64,000 bases of DNA, from IMG/VR virus record IMGVR_UViG_3300037067_027616, positions 64,001-128,000 of that record; one strand, written 5' to 3'. The position numbers and the translations under genes are program-made. Shown in pieces: positions 1 to 10,007 of the stretch (positions are counted from its first letter, which is position 1; each line of letters opens with the position of its first letter). The stretch is from a virus (lineage: Duplodnaviria; Caudoviricetes). Under the pieces are notes generated by a model. It had not been told where the DNA came from and did not search any database. It saw nothing but the letters and a program-made list of their open reading frames with translations.

Positions 1-863
1 CGCATCTTTTTAAGTGCTCTCTCACGTAACTGCCTTGCACGCTCCCTGCTGAAACCCATCATCACCCCTATCTCATTCAACGTGCACGAATACCCATCCG
101 TTAATCCATAAGAAGCCTCGATGACTTTCCTTTCAGCAGGCAACAAATTTCCTATGGCGCATTTTATCTCGTCTGAAAATGACCTCGATATAAGTTCCTC
201 GAGCGGGTCATCCTCTTTATTCTCCAAAGTGTCCCCAACAGTGAGTTCCCCACGGGGTCCACACAATTTCATGTCCAAAGACATAGGGGTGTTCATGATC
301 ACGAGCATGTTCTGTATATATGAAGAATTGAGACCTGTGTATTCAGATATATCCTCCGGTGTCGGGTACTTCGCCCTTTTTTGCATGAGGATATCTATCG
401 CCTTCAATATTCTTACAATGTGCTGTGTCTGGTTTAATGGGACACTGGTCATCCTGGACTGCACGGATAGGGCTCTCAAGATAGCCTGTCGTATCCACCA
501 TACGGCGTATGATATGAACTTGAAGTTTTTGCTTGGGTCAAATTTATCCACGGCGCGTATCAAACCCTTGTTACCTTCCGATATGATGTCGAGAAACGGC
601 ATACCTTGGTTGCTGTATCTTTTAGCTACCTTCACGACGAACCTGAGGTTTGACAAAATAATCTTCTTCTTAACAGATTTGTCCCCGGCGCGGTATCTGC
701 GAAATAAATCCTGCTCTTCCTCCACAGACAAAGGCTCATGCTTGGAAATGTCATTGAAATAGGCATCAAGCACACGCTTCCCATCTCCGTAGTATCTAGA
801 TTTGTACGGATCGGAAGATATGTCGGGGGTGTTCCTTCTTTTACCTATCGGCAGGGTCTTCAC
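1..863 (-). CDS. RpoD/RpoS-family sigma70 factor (runs off window start)
   Basis: Manual translation from GTG at 863 (overlaps upstream TGA): region 2 motifs NLRFVVKVAKRY, DIISEGNKGLIRAVDKFD, KFISYAVWWIRQAI; region 4 TLNEIGVMMGFSRERARQL. Confidence 0.93.
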   Translation of the reverse strand, partial: MKTLPIGKRRNTPDISSDPYKSRYYGDGKRVLDAYFNDISKHEPLSVEEEQDLFRRYRAGDKSVKKKIILSNLRFVVKVAKRYSNQGMPFLDIISEGNKGLIRAVDKFDPSKNFKFISYAVWWIRQAILRALSVQSRMTSVPLNQTQHIVRILKAIDILMQKRAKYPTPEDISEYTGLNSSYIQNMLVIMNTPMSLDMKLCGPRGELTVGDTLENKEDDPLEELISRSFSDEIKCAIGNLLPAERKVIEASYGLTDGYSCTLNEIGVMMGFSRERARQLRERALKKM

Positions 864-1135
864 CACTCCATCCAATCTGCTTTGGGGAACCGATCACAGA
901 ACGGTGACCACCCTTTTTCTTTCTGCTCACAGAACCTGATCTTAAGATTGATCGGTAGTGTATCGTACGCATCTATAACTTTTCCAATGGCTTGCGTGAC
1001 TCTGTGTGCACGCACAGCGGCACAAACGGTATGAGAATCGCTCGCAGGCCCAAACCCGGAAATCCACCATGGTGAATTCAATTCAAAAGCACCGTAAGAG
1101 TACCTGTGATACCATGACACCCAAAATGATTTCAT
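860..1135 (-). CDS. hypothetical protein
   Basis: ORF coupled to both neighbours by overlapping start/stop codons. Confidence 0.6.
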   Translation of the reverse strand: MKSFWVSWYHRYSYGAFELNSPWWISGFGPASDSHTVCAAVRAHRVTQAIGKVIDAYDTLPINLKIRFCEQKEKGWSPFCDRFPKADWMEW

Positions 1136-2067
1136 GCGGTCACCTCATATTCTTTTTTGACGATGCCTACCTCCGCCCGACCACGCATATGCGGAGGTAT
1201 CCAGAACGTCCCGATGTGCCTCCCAAACAACCTGTGTTCGGGAGTGTAAGTTTTGAAATGACCGCGGCAGGAATGCAACGGATTTGTCCACAAATTCTTG
1301 ATTTGCGTAAGGGACTTCACCCCTCCGTATTCCTTACCAAGATCCAAACGTAGAAGCTTGTAACTGTACTTGAACGACCCGGACACGCGTTTTTCGTTTC
1401 TGCTCTTAAGGGGCTTGTTTTTTACTTGTATTTCTTGGAACACATGGTTCTTGCAGTTAAGAAGCATGAGGAATTTTCCTAATGTCGAGATATCCGACCC
1501 GGCGTTGTAAATAAGTTCGTCAGCCATGTCTGTGATGACACGTTCACCCTCAAGCGTAGGGTTAAGCAGACACGTCGATACGTACGCATCGGGATTTGGA
1601 TCGCTCGGAAGCATGTGCCGTATGGACTCGTACCCTACGAGAGGTCGGTTAGCCACGAAGGATATGACAGGATCCATGGTCCACGTGTCGGGAGAGTCAA
1701 GCGCCGTGAAATGCATAACCGTGTAGAGTCCCTCATCGAACGCCGAGCAGAGCAACGCTGACCGGACATGAGGCGTCACGAATCCAAACTTATGTGAAGC
1801 GGGAGAATCTATACGGACATCAGAAATGTAGTCGAACCAACAATTGTCGTAGGGAAAACGACTTTGAGAGAACACATCAGCGTACGTGCGCTCCCCCCCT
1901 GCGGCGTGGTTTACCTCAGACTGCCTGCCCATGTGGAACTTCACGGCATCATTGATGCCCTGCAGGGTCTTCTTGAAAAGATCCATGTAGCCCTGGATGA
2001 GTTGGCAATAGAAAGACTTTTGCCAATCAGCACCATGATAGCTTTTGAAAACCTCATGAGCGTACAT
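1132..2067 (-). CDS. phage hypothetical protein with C-terminal HxxRGHF...WIPPHMRG motif
   Basis: 311 aa ORF, GGAGG RBS, promoter directly upstream. Confidence 0.75.
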   Translation of the reverse strand: MYAHEVFKSYHGADWQKSFYCQLIQGYMDLFKKTLQGINDAVKFHMGRQSEVNHAAGGERTYADVFSQSRFPYDNCWFDYISDVRIDSPASHKFGFVTPHVRSALLCSAFDEGLYTVMHFTALDSPDTWTMDPVISFVANRPLVGYESIRHMLPSDPNPDAYVSTCLLNPTLEGERVITDMADELIYNAGSDISTLGKFLMLLNCKNHVFQEIQVKNKPLKSRNEKRVSGSFKYSYKLLRLDLGKEYGGVKSLTQIKNLWTNPLHSCRGHFKTYTPEHRLFGRHIGTFWIPPHMRGRAEVGIVKKEYEVTA

Positions 2068-2084
2068 AGAACCCCTCCGATTCG

Positions 2085-2113
2085 AATATACCTTTTTGAA
2101 CCGGATTTATCAA
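2085..2113 (-). promoter_or_regulatory. sigma70-type promoter TTGATA-N17-TATATT
   Basis: Member of the repeated promoter family, upstream of the ORF starting at 2067. Confidence 0.6.
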
Positions 2114-2158
2114 CCAAAAAATTTGTTGAAGCCCACTTGGTTTCTTCCAGCATATTTA

Positions 2159-2551
2159 CTATTGAGGGACTTTCCAGGGCACATAGGAAGATGCGGCTGT
2201 ATCCCCTGCAAGACGACCCTCATGCCTCGGAAGGATTGTCATGGCAATCGCTTGGGTACCAATAACAATCATAAGTTCGTTGTTTGTTGTTGAATCGAAA
2301 ACTATGTAGATTGTAGGGCCAAAAGCTTCGAGGCCGTATTTACCAGTCATCTTCAGCCTGTTTGCTCCTGTGATCTCCTTCAGTTTTGATCCTTCAATGT
2401 TTTCAGCGTTAACCACCGATTCCTGTTGCACCATACGAGTTTTTGCACTTTTAAACTTCGGTACAACAAGCGCACACAAAAAGCCAAAAATGACAATCAC
2501 TGTACCTATTTCAACGAACGTAACGCCACTACACTTGATTGGGATTTTCAT
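2159..2551 (-). CDS. prepilin-like protein (type IV pilin N-terminal motif)
   Basis: KCSG|VTFVEIGTVIVIFGFLCALVVPKF resembles the G|FTLxE cleavage site plus hydrophobic helix and Pro22. Confidence 0.6.
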   Translation of the reverse strand: MKIPIKCSGVTFVEIGTVIVIFGFLCALVVPKFKSAKTRMVQQESVVNAENIEGSKLKEITGANRLKMTGKYGLEAFGPTIYIVFDSTTNNELMIVIGTQAIAMTILPRHEGRLAGDTAASSYVPWKVPQ

Positions 2552-2785
2552 TTCTTATTATTCTCTTCCCCGGAGGCCTGCATCTGAATCTTCGGAGTGC
2601 CCGGTTTCCTGTCAATGTATTTCCGGTATTTGGCATTCGAAGCTATGCGCTCCTGGAGGACCTTGATTTCTGTCTTTACACGGTCTGTTTCAACCTTGGA
2701 CTTGACGAGGCGTTCCAAAGCGCCTTCCCTTCTCCGTTTCACTGCGCTGCCGTTGTTCACATGATCCCCTTTGATAGGTGTTTTC

Positions 2786-3238
2786 CTAAACCTTCTTGAA
2801 TGAATTTTTCCACTCTTCAGTGTCAAATTTCAAAATCTTGCCGTTTTCAATATCGACCCGATCAAAACAAAGACCAAGCAGTTCTGCGGTTTGGATAGGT
2901 ATCGGGCCATCAAACACACCACCGTCTCCTTTGGTATCGACTTTGCAGTCATAACACCAAATTAGTCCCTCCCATTCCGACCATTGGATATTCGACCCAT
3001 GGCATCTATCGCAGGACATTTCGTACTCCTGCGGCTTTTGAACGTACATATACCGACGTTTTACTCTTGTTTCTGTTACTGTAGGTTCCTCGCCCACAGG
3101 AACTATTTTTCCTTCCTTGTATATGTACTTTCCTGCGACACCTTTCTTTCTCTCCCCAAAAATGCGATCGAAGTTGCCATCATACTTTTTATGGTCAACG
3201 AGTTGGTCGTTGGTTGACGGATTGAATAAGTCACTCAT
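2786..3238 (-). CDS. hypothetical protein with CxxC pairs
   Basis: CDRC...CYDC; AGGAAG RBS-like sequence. Confidence 0.6.
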   Translation of the reverse strand: MSDLFNPSTNDQLVDHKKYDGNFDRIFGERKKGVAGKYIYKEGKIVPVGEEPTVTETRVKRRYMYVQKPQEYEMSCDRCHGSNIQWSEWEGLIWCYDCKVDTKGDGGVFDGPIPIQTAELLGLCFDRVDIENGKILKFDTEEWKNSFKKV

Positions 3239-3371
3239 GGACTCTTCCTATCGTAAATGAAGTCGAAGGCGAGTTCGTTGATATGGTACAGCGTGCACTC
3301 CTGCGCGATCGTCAAAATGCGCGACTCGATGTACCAATTGATGATATATGCGACTACCCTCAAAATAACTC

Positions 3372-4055
3372 TCATCGCTGCCCACCCACCACGACACGGG
3401 AACACTTCTCAGGTACTCCACTTTTTTTCATCGCCTCGAATATGTCGGGGATCTTGTCATAAAAATGAAGGAACTTCGCCCCACAATCCGCACAAGTGTA
3501 CGGAGTACACTTGTCAGATCCCGTGGGACCGTGTACCCACGTGTGATCCGACCCCCAACCCTCACCTTGTATGTGGCTCTTCCGTTTTGGTGTCATGTTA
3601 CCTTCGTTGATGCCTCTGACCCCACTCCCAGGGCCTCCCGGACATCTGCACTTGAAGGTGTCGCCGCTGTGATCGGCCGAACCCAAAAGGACTACGCCAT
3701 GTACGGGGCAACGATGCCATTGGTGTCCGTTCTTGCAACTGGAATCCCCTAAAGGACATCTGCAGGTCATCACCGCCGGCTCATGGCACACCGGGCACTC
3801 ATTGGTGTATTGCTTTCTTTCAGCACCGCCGGTCAAAATGTCGGCTACAAAACGATATTGATCTTGCAGGTCTCTTCCTGTCTCGGACTCCATGTCCAAC
3901 CCGGTCTTGAGATTCGTCGACCCGCACACACGACAGATAGTTTCCTTGCGGTGCATCTCCTCCAGTTGCTCTGGGGTTTTGCCGATCCCCGTCTTGAAAC
4001 CCGTCCAAAAGTATACAGCTTTGCAATCGGGGCAGGTCGATTTGTATGCTTCCAT
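3372..4055 (-). CDS. Cys/His-rich multi-zinc-finger hypothetical protein
   Basis: Many CxxC motifs; start refined to MEAYK (GGAG RBS). Confidence 0.6.
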   Translation of the reverse strand: MEAYKSTCPDCKAVYFWTGFKTGIGKTPEQLEEMHRKETICRVCGSTNLKTGLDMESETGRDLQDQYRFVADILTGGAERKQYTNECPVCHEPAVMTCRCPLGDSSCKNGHQWHRCPVHGVVLLGSADHSGDTFKCRCPGGPGSGVRGINEGNMTPKRKSHIQGEGWGSDHTWVHGPTGSDKCTPYTCADCGAKFLHFYDKIPDIFEAMKKSGVPEKCSRVVVGGQR

Positions 4056-4093
4056 GTCAGCAGATCTCCTTAATAAACAAATACAATACGCGG

Positions 4094-4510
4094 CTATCTT
4101 ACATAGAGAGTGGATTTGAGTTTTGTTTTGGGCCACGACTTGTGCTTCATAACATCAAAAGGGGACCACCACCCATTTTTACGGCACAAACATTTGCCCG
4201 TTACCATCATTCTATAGGGGTGTCCATGGATTACTTCAGCATCGTGTGGAAGCATCATGACACTACCATCATCGAGGTATCCTTTGGAGAGATCCACAGA
4301 CACGGAGTCAAAATCATATGAAGATACTTGGCAGTCTATCTCAATGGTGTTCATGTCCCCGAACGTAATTCCAATCATAACGGCCATGCCTGTGAACGCC
4401 ACAGACATTGAAAGAGAACCCCACAAAGTCTTCTTGAATGGCGTACCCGCGACTAACATCAACGAGAATAAAGTCAAAAATGCGGCAGAGAAACATATGA
4501 ATATAACCAC
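4094..4510 (-). CDS. hypothetical membrane protein
   Basis: Two hydrophobic segments at the N-terminus. Confidence 0.55.
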   Translation of the reverse strand: MVIFICFSAAFLTLFSLMLVAGTPFKKTLWGSLSMSVAFTGMAVMIGITFGDMNTIEIDCQVSSYDFDSVSVDLSKGYLDDGSVMMLPHDAEVIHGHPYRMMVTGKCLCRKNGWWSPFDVMKHKSWPKTKLKSTLYVR

Positions 4511-4571
4511 GGCTACTCCCTAATCTCAGTACACAAAAATATGCACTCGGGATCCATGTCCTTGGAATATT

Positions 4572-4955
4572 TCATTCACCCTTCAAGTCGTCCGGGTGGA
4601 TGCCAAACAGTTCGGATACCGGAGCGCGGAGTCCTTCACGTAACTTGCTAAGCGTCTTCTCAATGGTTTCGATCCGGGCGTCCTTATCGGACTTGCCCGA
4701 TTGGGCCATTTCCGCCGCAGCTTTGTAGGCGTCGTCTGACACGTAACTCAACTCCCCGTATCCGCTCAAGGAGTAACCGATGAGTTGGGCGAACTGCTGC
4801 CGGTCTTCCTGGCTGAAAGGCATGGTGGCCAATTTGTTCATGTCGTTCGGGCCATTGTCGAGTAGGTACCGCACGATGGCGTTCTCTTTAAACCGCAACC
4901 TGCCATCTTTGTCCTTCTCAAGAGGCTGAATGGGGTGCTTCGCGTGTTTTGCCAT
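4572..4955 (-). CDS. phage hypothetical protein
   Basis: 127 aa ORF directly downstream of the PARP gene, same GC-rich codon style. Confidence 0.7.
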   Translation of the reverse strand: MAKHAKHPIQPLEKDKDGRLRFKENAIVRYLLDNGPNDMNKLATMPFSQEDRQQFAQLIGYSLSGYGELSYVSDDAYKAAAEMAQSGKSDKDARIETIEKTLSKLREGLRAPVSELFGIHPDDLKGE

Positions 4956-4961
4956 GGGGGC

Positions 4962-6353
4962 CTACTTTCGCATCTCGATAAGGTACTTGAGCGTGCACTG
5001 CTCGAGGCTGTACACGATGAGTTCATCGTTGTAGAGCGAGTGTCCCTTCTTTGCCCATATGCTGTCGTATCCGTGCGGGCGTCTGCAGGAACTTGTCGCC
5101 GTATGGGTGCGGCCCATGGCAAAGTCGGCAAGGAAGAGGAAGGCGTTGTTTGCGGAACTGCGCCGAGCTCCCCAATAACCAATGCTGTAGTTCAAACTTT
5201 TGGTGGAGTTGTTGGCCCCGTAAACCCCATCGTCGAACATGCGGCCGGTCACGTGCCCTGCCGTGGACGGCGGAATGATGAGTCCGCCTTTCATAATTGA
5301 AAGGATGTTCGCGTTTGCGGAGCCGTGGAACACCTCCTGCACGTTACCGTAACGCTTCAGCGCCGCCTCGTACCTGGCGCGTTCGGCAGGCAACTTGACG
5401 CGGTACACCGCCGCGACATCGTAGTCCCACACGTCCGTGCCGCGGTGGTTGCCGGCCTTGCTACCGCGCACGTACGCCTTGATACGCTTGACCTCGTCCA
5501 GGTCATTGAGGAATTCGACCTCGGTGCCGAGAGCATTAAGCCTTTGGCCCGTGTTGCCCGTCATGGCGGCGCCCATCTTAACGCCCGTTTCGAGCTGGTC
5601 GAGGATGTCGAATTCTTTCATTACCGCATCGGAAGTGAGGATCATGTCATCGGCGCTGATCCTCATGCTGAACGCCTTGGGAATGAGCGAGAAGTAGGCG
5701 GAATTGGCCTTCTTAACGTCTTGGTCATCGGCATCGGCACCGTTCTTACCGATGAGGGCATTGACCGCCTGCAGGGATACGCGCGCCTTGGCGACGTGCT
5801 GCGGGGTGACCGGACCCAATTCCGTAGCGTATCCATTGGATGTGAACTTGATGTTCGTGCTGGAGGTGATGTTGTGGATGTTCTCCTGCACGAGTTGGTC
5901 GAGCAACTTGGAGATGCGCGGGTCGGAGTGGGTCGTGTCGATGGCGGTCTTGACCGTGACCGTTTTCTCCGCTTTGCCCCGTATATTCTCGCTGCCCACG
6001 GACGGGCTGACCACGTCCACATCTACATACGCCTCACGTTCACCGGTTTCCTTGTTCGTCTTGCCGCGCAGTTTTTTCTTGTGTATGTCTTCGAACTCTT
6101 CCCGTGCGGTGGCCTCATCGGTGACAGGACGGCCGTCAGCAATGTCCCGTACCTCGTAAATGTTAGTTATGCCAAGCCTGCCATAGTGCGTGAAGATGCG
6201 ATAACGACCCTGTGAGTTTTTCTGCAATTCCAAACAGAAATACTTGTTGTGATTCGTTGAAACATTCGCTTGATGCATCACATAATAGGTGAGAGTCTCG
6301 TTGAATCCATCGTTGGCGTTGCTGGCAACTTTCCTCACCGTGAACTTTGGCAT
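4962..6353 (-). CDS. WGR-domain PARP-like ADP-ribosyltransferase
   Basis: N-terminal WGR-like domain (NHNKYF..LQ...HYGRLG), regulatory-like helix (SAYFSLIP), catalytic FHGS / GVYGA / KSLNY / NDELIVY (H-Y-E triad). Confidence 0.88.
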   Translation of the reverse strand: MPKFTVRKVASNANDGFNETLTYYVMHQANVSTNHNKYFCLELQKNSQGRYRIFTHYGRLGITNIYEVRDIADGRPVTDEATAREEFEDIHKKKLRGKTNKETGEREAYVDVDVVSPSVGSENIRGKAEKTVTVKTAIDTTHSDPRISKLLDQLVQENIHNITSSTNIKFTSNGYATELGPVTPQHVAKARVSLQAVNALIGKNGADADDQDVKKANSAYFSLIPKAFSMRISADDMILTSDAVMKEFDILDQLETGVKMGAAMTGNTGQRLNALGTEVEFLNDLDEVKRIKAYVRGSKAGNHRGTDVWDYDVAAVYRVKLPAERARYEAALKRYGNVQEVFHGSANANILSIMKGGLIIPPSTAGHVTGRMFDDGVYGANNSTKSLNYSIGYWGARRSSANNAFLFLADFAMGRTHTATSSCRRPHGYDSIWAKKGHSLYNDELIVYSLEQCTLKYLIEMRK

Positions 6354-6382
6354 CTTTTCTCCAATGGTTTGTGTCCAAGGCT

Positions 6383-6411
6383 AATATACTAATCTGGAAA
6401 GCTTTTGTAAA
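6383..6411 (-). promoter_or_regulatory. sigma70-type promoter TTTACA-N17-TATATT
   Basis: Repeated promoter family, upstream of PARP. Confidence 0.6.
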
Positions 6412-6459
6412 CCAAAAAATGGGTTTCCGGTTTCGGTTCCGCCAGGACACATCATAGCT

Positions 6460-6945
6460 TCATTCATACCCAAAAGTTGCAACAGCAATTGCCTTTTTTA
6501 CGGTATCCTTCATCGTGTTGTATATCGTAGGATTGTCGCGGTCAGCCTTCCACATGATGTCGAGGTACCTGATACGATACGCGCCATCGGGCCTGCCGTA
6601 CACCACCTTATTTGGAGCCCGAGCGAGCCAATAACCTATCTCGAAGTTTGTGGTGAGCCCGATAAGTTCCCGAGTCCTGGGTATCCAGAACAAGATGCAG
6701 TCGGACCATTTGAGACCCTCGAATTCCCACAGAGGTATCCAATCTTTGCTTTTGTCTGACTCCGTCTTGTTTGAAAACTCCGGAAGGATAAGTACTCCAT
6801 CGAATCCCTGCCTCTCGAATTCATCTATACAATCTCCGCGCCAGGATATAAGGTGCTGTTGATTTCCCCTCACGGTTGGACCCGCCAAAAAAATGACAGG
6901 ACTTCGGTATTCCTTCATCGGTTGCTCATATCTTACTAATTCCAT
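6460..6945 (-). CDS. nucleoside 2-deoxyribosyltransferase-like protein
   Basis: VIFLAGPT...SWR...WE...ILFWIPR...TTNFEIG motifs. Confidence 0.75.
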   Translation of the reverse strand: MELVRYEQPMKEYRSPVIFLAGPTVRGNQQHLISWRGDCIDEFERQGFDGVLILPEFSNKTESDKSKDWIPLWEFEGLKWSDCILFWIPRTRELIGLTTNFEIGYWLARAPNKVVYGRPDGAYRIRYLDIMWKADRDNPTIYNTMKDTVKKAIAVATFGYE

Positions 6946-6966
6946 CTAACACCCCCTTTCTTATAC

Positions 6967-7356
6967 TTACCCTACCTCTATAGTCACTTCAGGATAGTAC
7001 CTATCGCCCTTATCCCCGAGCTCGTCAAGGCGCTTCTGAAGGCGATCTATTTCCCCCGATAAATGTATCCCGCTGAAGGATCCCCTCTTCGGGAGAGCCT
7101 TAAACTTCTTTATAGCCGAGTTGCACATACACCGTGTCTTGACTATCTCTTCCCAATTAGGCTTATGCATCTTGATGGCTGCTTTTATTTCCGTTGGGCC
7201 AACGGGATATACGCATGTTTTCTCTGGTGAACACCGAAAGACATCTACTGACTCATACCACCGCGAAGACCAGAAGCGTGCTTGGCGCATTACATCCTTG
7301 GTGGGGCAGTCTATTACATGGGACTCTCCTGATGGGGAAACGAAGACGTATTTCAT
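6967..7356 (-). CDS. hypothetical protein
   Basis: ORF with AAAGGA RBS. Confidence 0.55.
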   Translation of the reverse strand: MKYVFVSPSGESHVIDCPTKDVMRQARFWSSRWYESVDVFRCSPEKTCVYPVGPTEIKAAIKMHKPNWEEIVKTRCMCNSAIKKFKALPKRGSFSGIHLSGEIDRLQKRLDELGDKGDRYYPEVTIEVG

Positions 7357-7366
7357 GATGGTTCCT

Positions 7367-7618
7367 TTATGAAGAGGGAGTGACGACTTGACCGTACTTG
7401 GAGTATTCTGACAAAGCATTGGCCTCAACACGTAGAAGCTGGGACTCCATTAAAAGGCGTTCAGCTTCGGTACGATAAAAATTTATCGATGTAGCGTCCC
7501 TAGCAATCTCTGCCTTGGCTTGACAGCTATTTGCAGTCTTTACACACTCATCGGCTCGGGAGATTTTCCCTGCTGCTATGCCTTGAAGGATTTGGCTCAC
7601 AATATCTTTTTCACTCAC
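7367..7618 (-). CDS. hypothetical protein
   Basis: ORF with AAAGGA RBS. Confidence 0.5.
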   Translation of the reverse strand: MSEKDIVSQILQGIAAGKISRADECVKTANSCQAKAEIARDATSINFYRTEAERLLMESQLLRVEANALSEYSKYGQVVTPSS

Positions 7619-7651
7619 GGCTCATCCTTTCGTATAAATTAGTATCAGCAC

Positions 7652-8836
7652 TTAATAATCTTGGTCTATGTCATTCATCACGCAAAATATCGATGCACCC
7701 AACGTGACAATTATTGTAATGATGAACGTTATCAAAACTGCTTTTCCAGAGGGTTCAACGGACAGGTAGCTGAAATCCTTGAAAGACTTCTTAACGAACC
7801 CCACTTTAACCATATTTGCCATGGTGTCCACGACCGCTGACAGGTTAAGGGCCTTGCCGCCGGAGTCGGAGAACATCATATAGATCGTGCGCTCCACATC
7901 CAACTTGAGGCGATCAGATTCAGACCAAGAAAATACTTTAGTCCATTGCACCATGCGCTTGCTGTCGATTCCGATGCACAATACGAATTCGTTTTTGTTT
8001 CCTCCGCACCAATATGCTTCCTGCAGTTCGCCGGCTTCCCGGGCCTTGTCCGTGAACACCAATATGAGCATATGCACTTTCTTCATGGCACCGAGTTTTG
8101 CGTTCCACCATGAGAGCCGTTTGGAGGCGGCATGATCCGATATGCCCATTATCGGGTTGTAATTGAATATGTCATAGTTGTAGTTGTACCCATGTAACTC
8201 CAGCTTTTTTACATCATCCGCTTCCACAGGTTGAAACTTGAACACAGAGTGGGAGGCCTGCACCCGGTTCTCGTATGAATGAACCACACAAACCGATTGG
8301 GTGTGTTCAAACACGTTGTCAAAAACAGTCTGGTAAGCATCACCGTCTTGACCGCACCCGAAATGGTGGTCGATATTTCTGTTCATATCAACGAAGACGC
8401 GCCTATTCCATCGTTTGCATAGGTCCTCAAATAGATACTGACTGATACTGTATGTTCTGCCTAAATTATCTGTGGCACTCCATGTTGCCGAATACCGATC
8501 GCAATGGGAGCAATCATAAGACTCGGTGTGGCAGGTCTGCGTACAGGTTCTATCCTCACCGCTACCAGAGCATGTTTCTTCACACACTTCCCTATAACAC
8601 GTTTCATCGTCCCAGGTGCTCCAAGGCTCTATGTATTCAGCGCACGTTAAGTATGAGTTCCAGAACTCTCGATCGTACGTGGCGGACTTCTCCACGGTTA
8701 TTTTTGATATTGCTATGGTCAGTATGGGTATGCCAAACACCACGAGGTACTCCCACCAAGCCATGCTCCGGTGAAAGAATACAGCCAGAACGAGTACCGC
8801 CACGATAGGTATAATAAGGCAAGTCCAAATAACCAT
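7652..8836 (-). CDS. phage membrane protein with Cys-rich extracytoplasmic domain
   Basis: Two N-terminal TM helices, one C-terminal TM helix, WCGGNKNE motif. Confidence 0.75.
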   Translation of the reverse strand: MVIWTCLIIPIVAVLVLAVFFHRSMAWWEYLVVFGIPILTIAISKITVEKSATYDREFWNSYLTCAEYIEPWSTWDDETCYREVCEETCSGSGEDRTCTQTCHTESYDCSHCDRYSATWSATDNLGRTYSISQYLFEDLCKRWNRRVFVDMNRNIDHHFGCGQDGDAYQTVFDNVFEHTQSVCVVHSYENRVQASHSVFKFQPVEADDVKKLELHGYNYNYDIFNYNPIMGISDHAASKRLSWWNAKLGAMKKVHMLILVFTDKAREAGELQEAYWCGGNKNEFVLCIGIDSKRMVQWTKVFSWSESDRLKLDVERTIYMMFSDSGGKALNLSAVVDTMANMVKVGFVKKSFKDFSYLSVEPSGKAVLITFIITIIVTLGASIFCVMNDIDQDY

Positions 8837-8864
8837 AAATTTTATCTTTCAGGGTTAAAAAGAT

Positions 8865-9131
8865 TTACCTATTGCGAATGACACCAAACCACCCTTGAGT
8901 TTGGGAAATTTTTTTGCCCTTTGCCTGTTGTACGGTTCTTTTAGCCCGAACTATGCGGTGGCGTTCCACGTTTTTGGCGCGGCGCAATATTTCCACGACC
9001 CTTTGTGCCCACGGGAGCCTACGTGCAGCCTCACGCCTAACGCCAGCGTCATCTGCATCGCAAATGGAATCCGCGACGAATGCGAACCCTTGTGGTGCCT
9101 CGATTTCCGCCCAAAACTCCTTGCCGTTCAT
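8865..9131 (-). CDS. cassette ORF, hypothetical
   Basis: GGAGGT RBS; bounded by GTTGTAG (9172) and GTACAAC (8927). Confidence 0.6.
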   Translation of the reverse strand: MNGKEFWAEIEAPQGFAFVADSICDADDAGVRREAARRLPWAQRVVEILRRAKNVERHRIVRAKRTVQQAKGKKISQTQGWFGVIRNR

Positions 9132-9165
9132 GCCACCTCCTATGTGCATTTGCACTGCTCATGGC

Positions 9166-9600
9166 CTACAACGCTCGGATTGGTAAATCCCCTTCAACAC
9201 GATCAAGGTTGCTGAGCAGATTATCTTTGATGCAGGCGTGCAGATGGGGATTGTCGAGAATGTCCTTGCGGATAGCCTCGGCGCCTTCACCGACATATTG
9301 GAGTTTCTCACGTATAACCCATGAGCCCTCGGCAGAAGATCTTTTTAGCCAAGGTTTTCCAATACAATCTTTGCGATGCCCCCGGAGGATTCTCAAAAGA
9401 GATGCCCTTAACTCTTTGCGGACTTCTTCTTGGTCACGGTCGAGCTTCTGTATCCTCCAGCAGAAGAGGGAGTCTATATTCTTAATACCCAAAGGGGTGT
9501 ACGCGGCAAACACGCCCCCTCCACTGACCATTGCTTGATCAATGTAGAGTTCTTCAACTGTAGCTGGCATCAGCGGGAGAGACATTTGAAGGCATTCCAT
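9166..9600 (-). CDS. hypothetical protein within array
   Basis: GAGGT RBS; stop codon lies in the GTTGTAG core. Confidence 0.6.
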   Translation of the reverse strand: MECLQMSLPLMPATVEELYIDQAMVSGGGVFAAYTPLGIKNIDSLFCWRIQKLDRDQEEVRKELRASLLRILRGHRKDCIGKPWLKRSSAEGSWVIREKLQYVGEGAEAIRKDILDNPHLHACIKDNLLSNLDRVEGDLPIRAL

Positions 9601-9611
9601 GATTACCTCTG

Positions 9612-10007
9612 TTATTTGGGTTTGCCTGTTTGGTTCCGTTGCTGAACATACTCCACAAACTGATTGATAAACTGAACGTAACTACCAGATGCTCCAACAA
9701 ATTTGATAAACGACTCGGCAAGTTCAACAATGGCATCCCTTGCATTGTTGGTGGCAGTGATCTGCTTTTGGGACGCCACGCCTGCTGCTTGCGGTTCAAG
9801 TGTCACGGTTGGCGTTGTACGATGGTAGTATACCCCCAGTTTGGCCGCGTGCTTTGACATCAGATCGCCAACGAAACACCCTAGTCCGTTGAACCGCTTA
9901 ATGCGCCACCCGCATGAACATTTTTCTCTGCCAGAACCATTCCCGCCACGCTCGCATTCACTGCATGCTACCCACAGCCTGTCTCTCGAATCGCGATAGC
10001 TTCTCAC
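9612..10007 (-). CDS. cassette ORF, Cys-containing hypothetical
   Basis: ORF reading through a degenerate site (CACCAAC at 9747-9753). Confidence 0.55.
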   Translation of the reverse strand: MRSYRDSRDRLWVACSECERGGNGSGREKCSCGWRIKRFNGLGCFVGDLMSKHAAKLGVYYHRTTPTVTLEPQAAGVASQKQITATNNARDAIVELAESFIKFVGASGSYVQFINQFVEYVQQRNQTGKPK

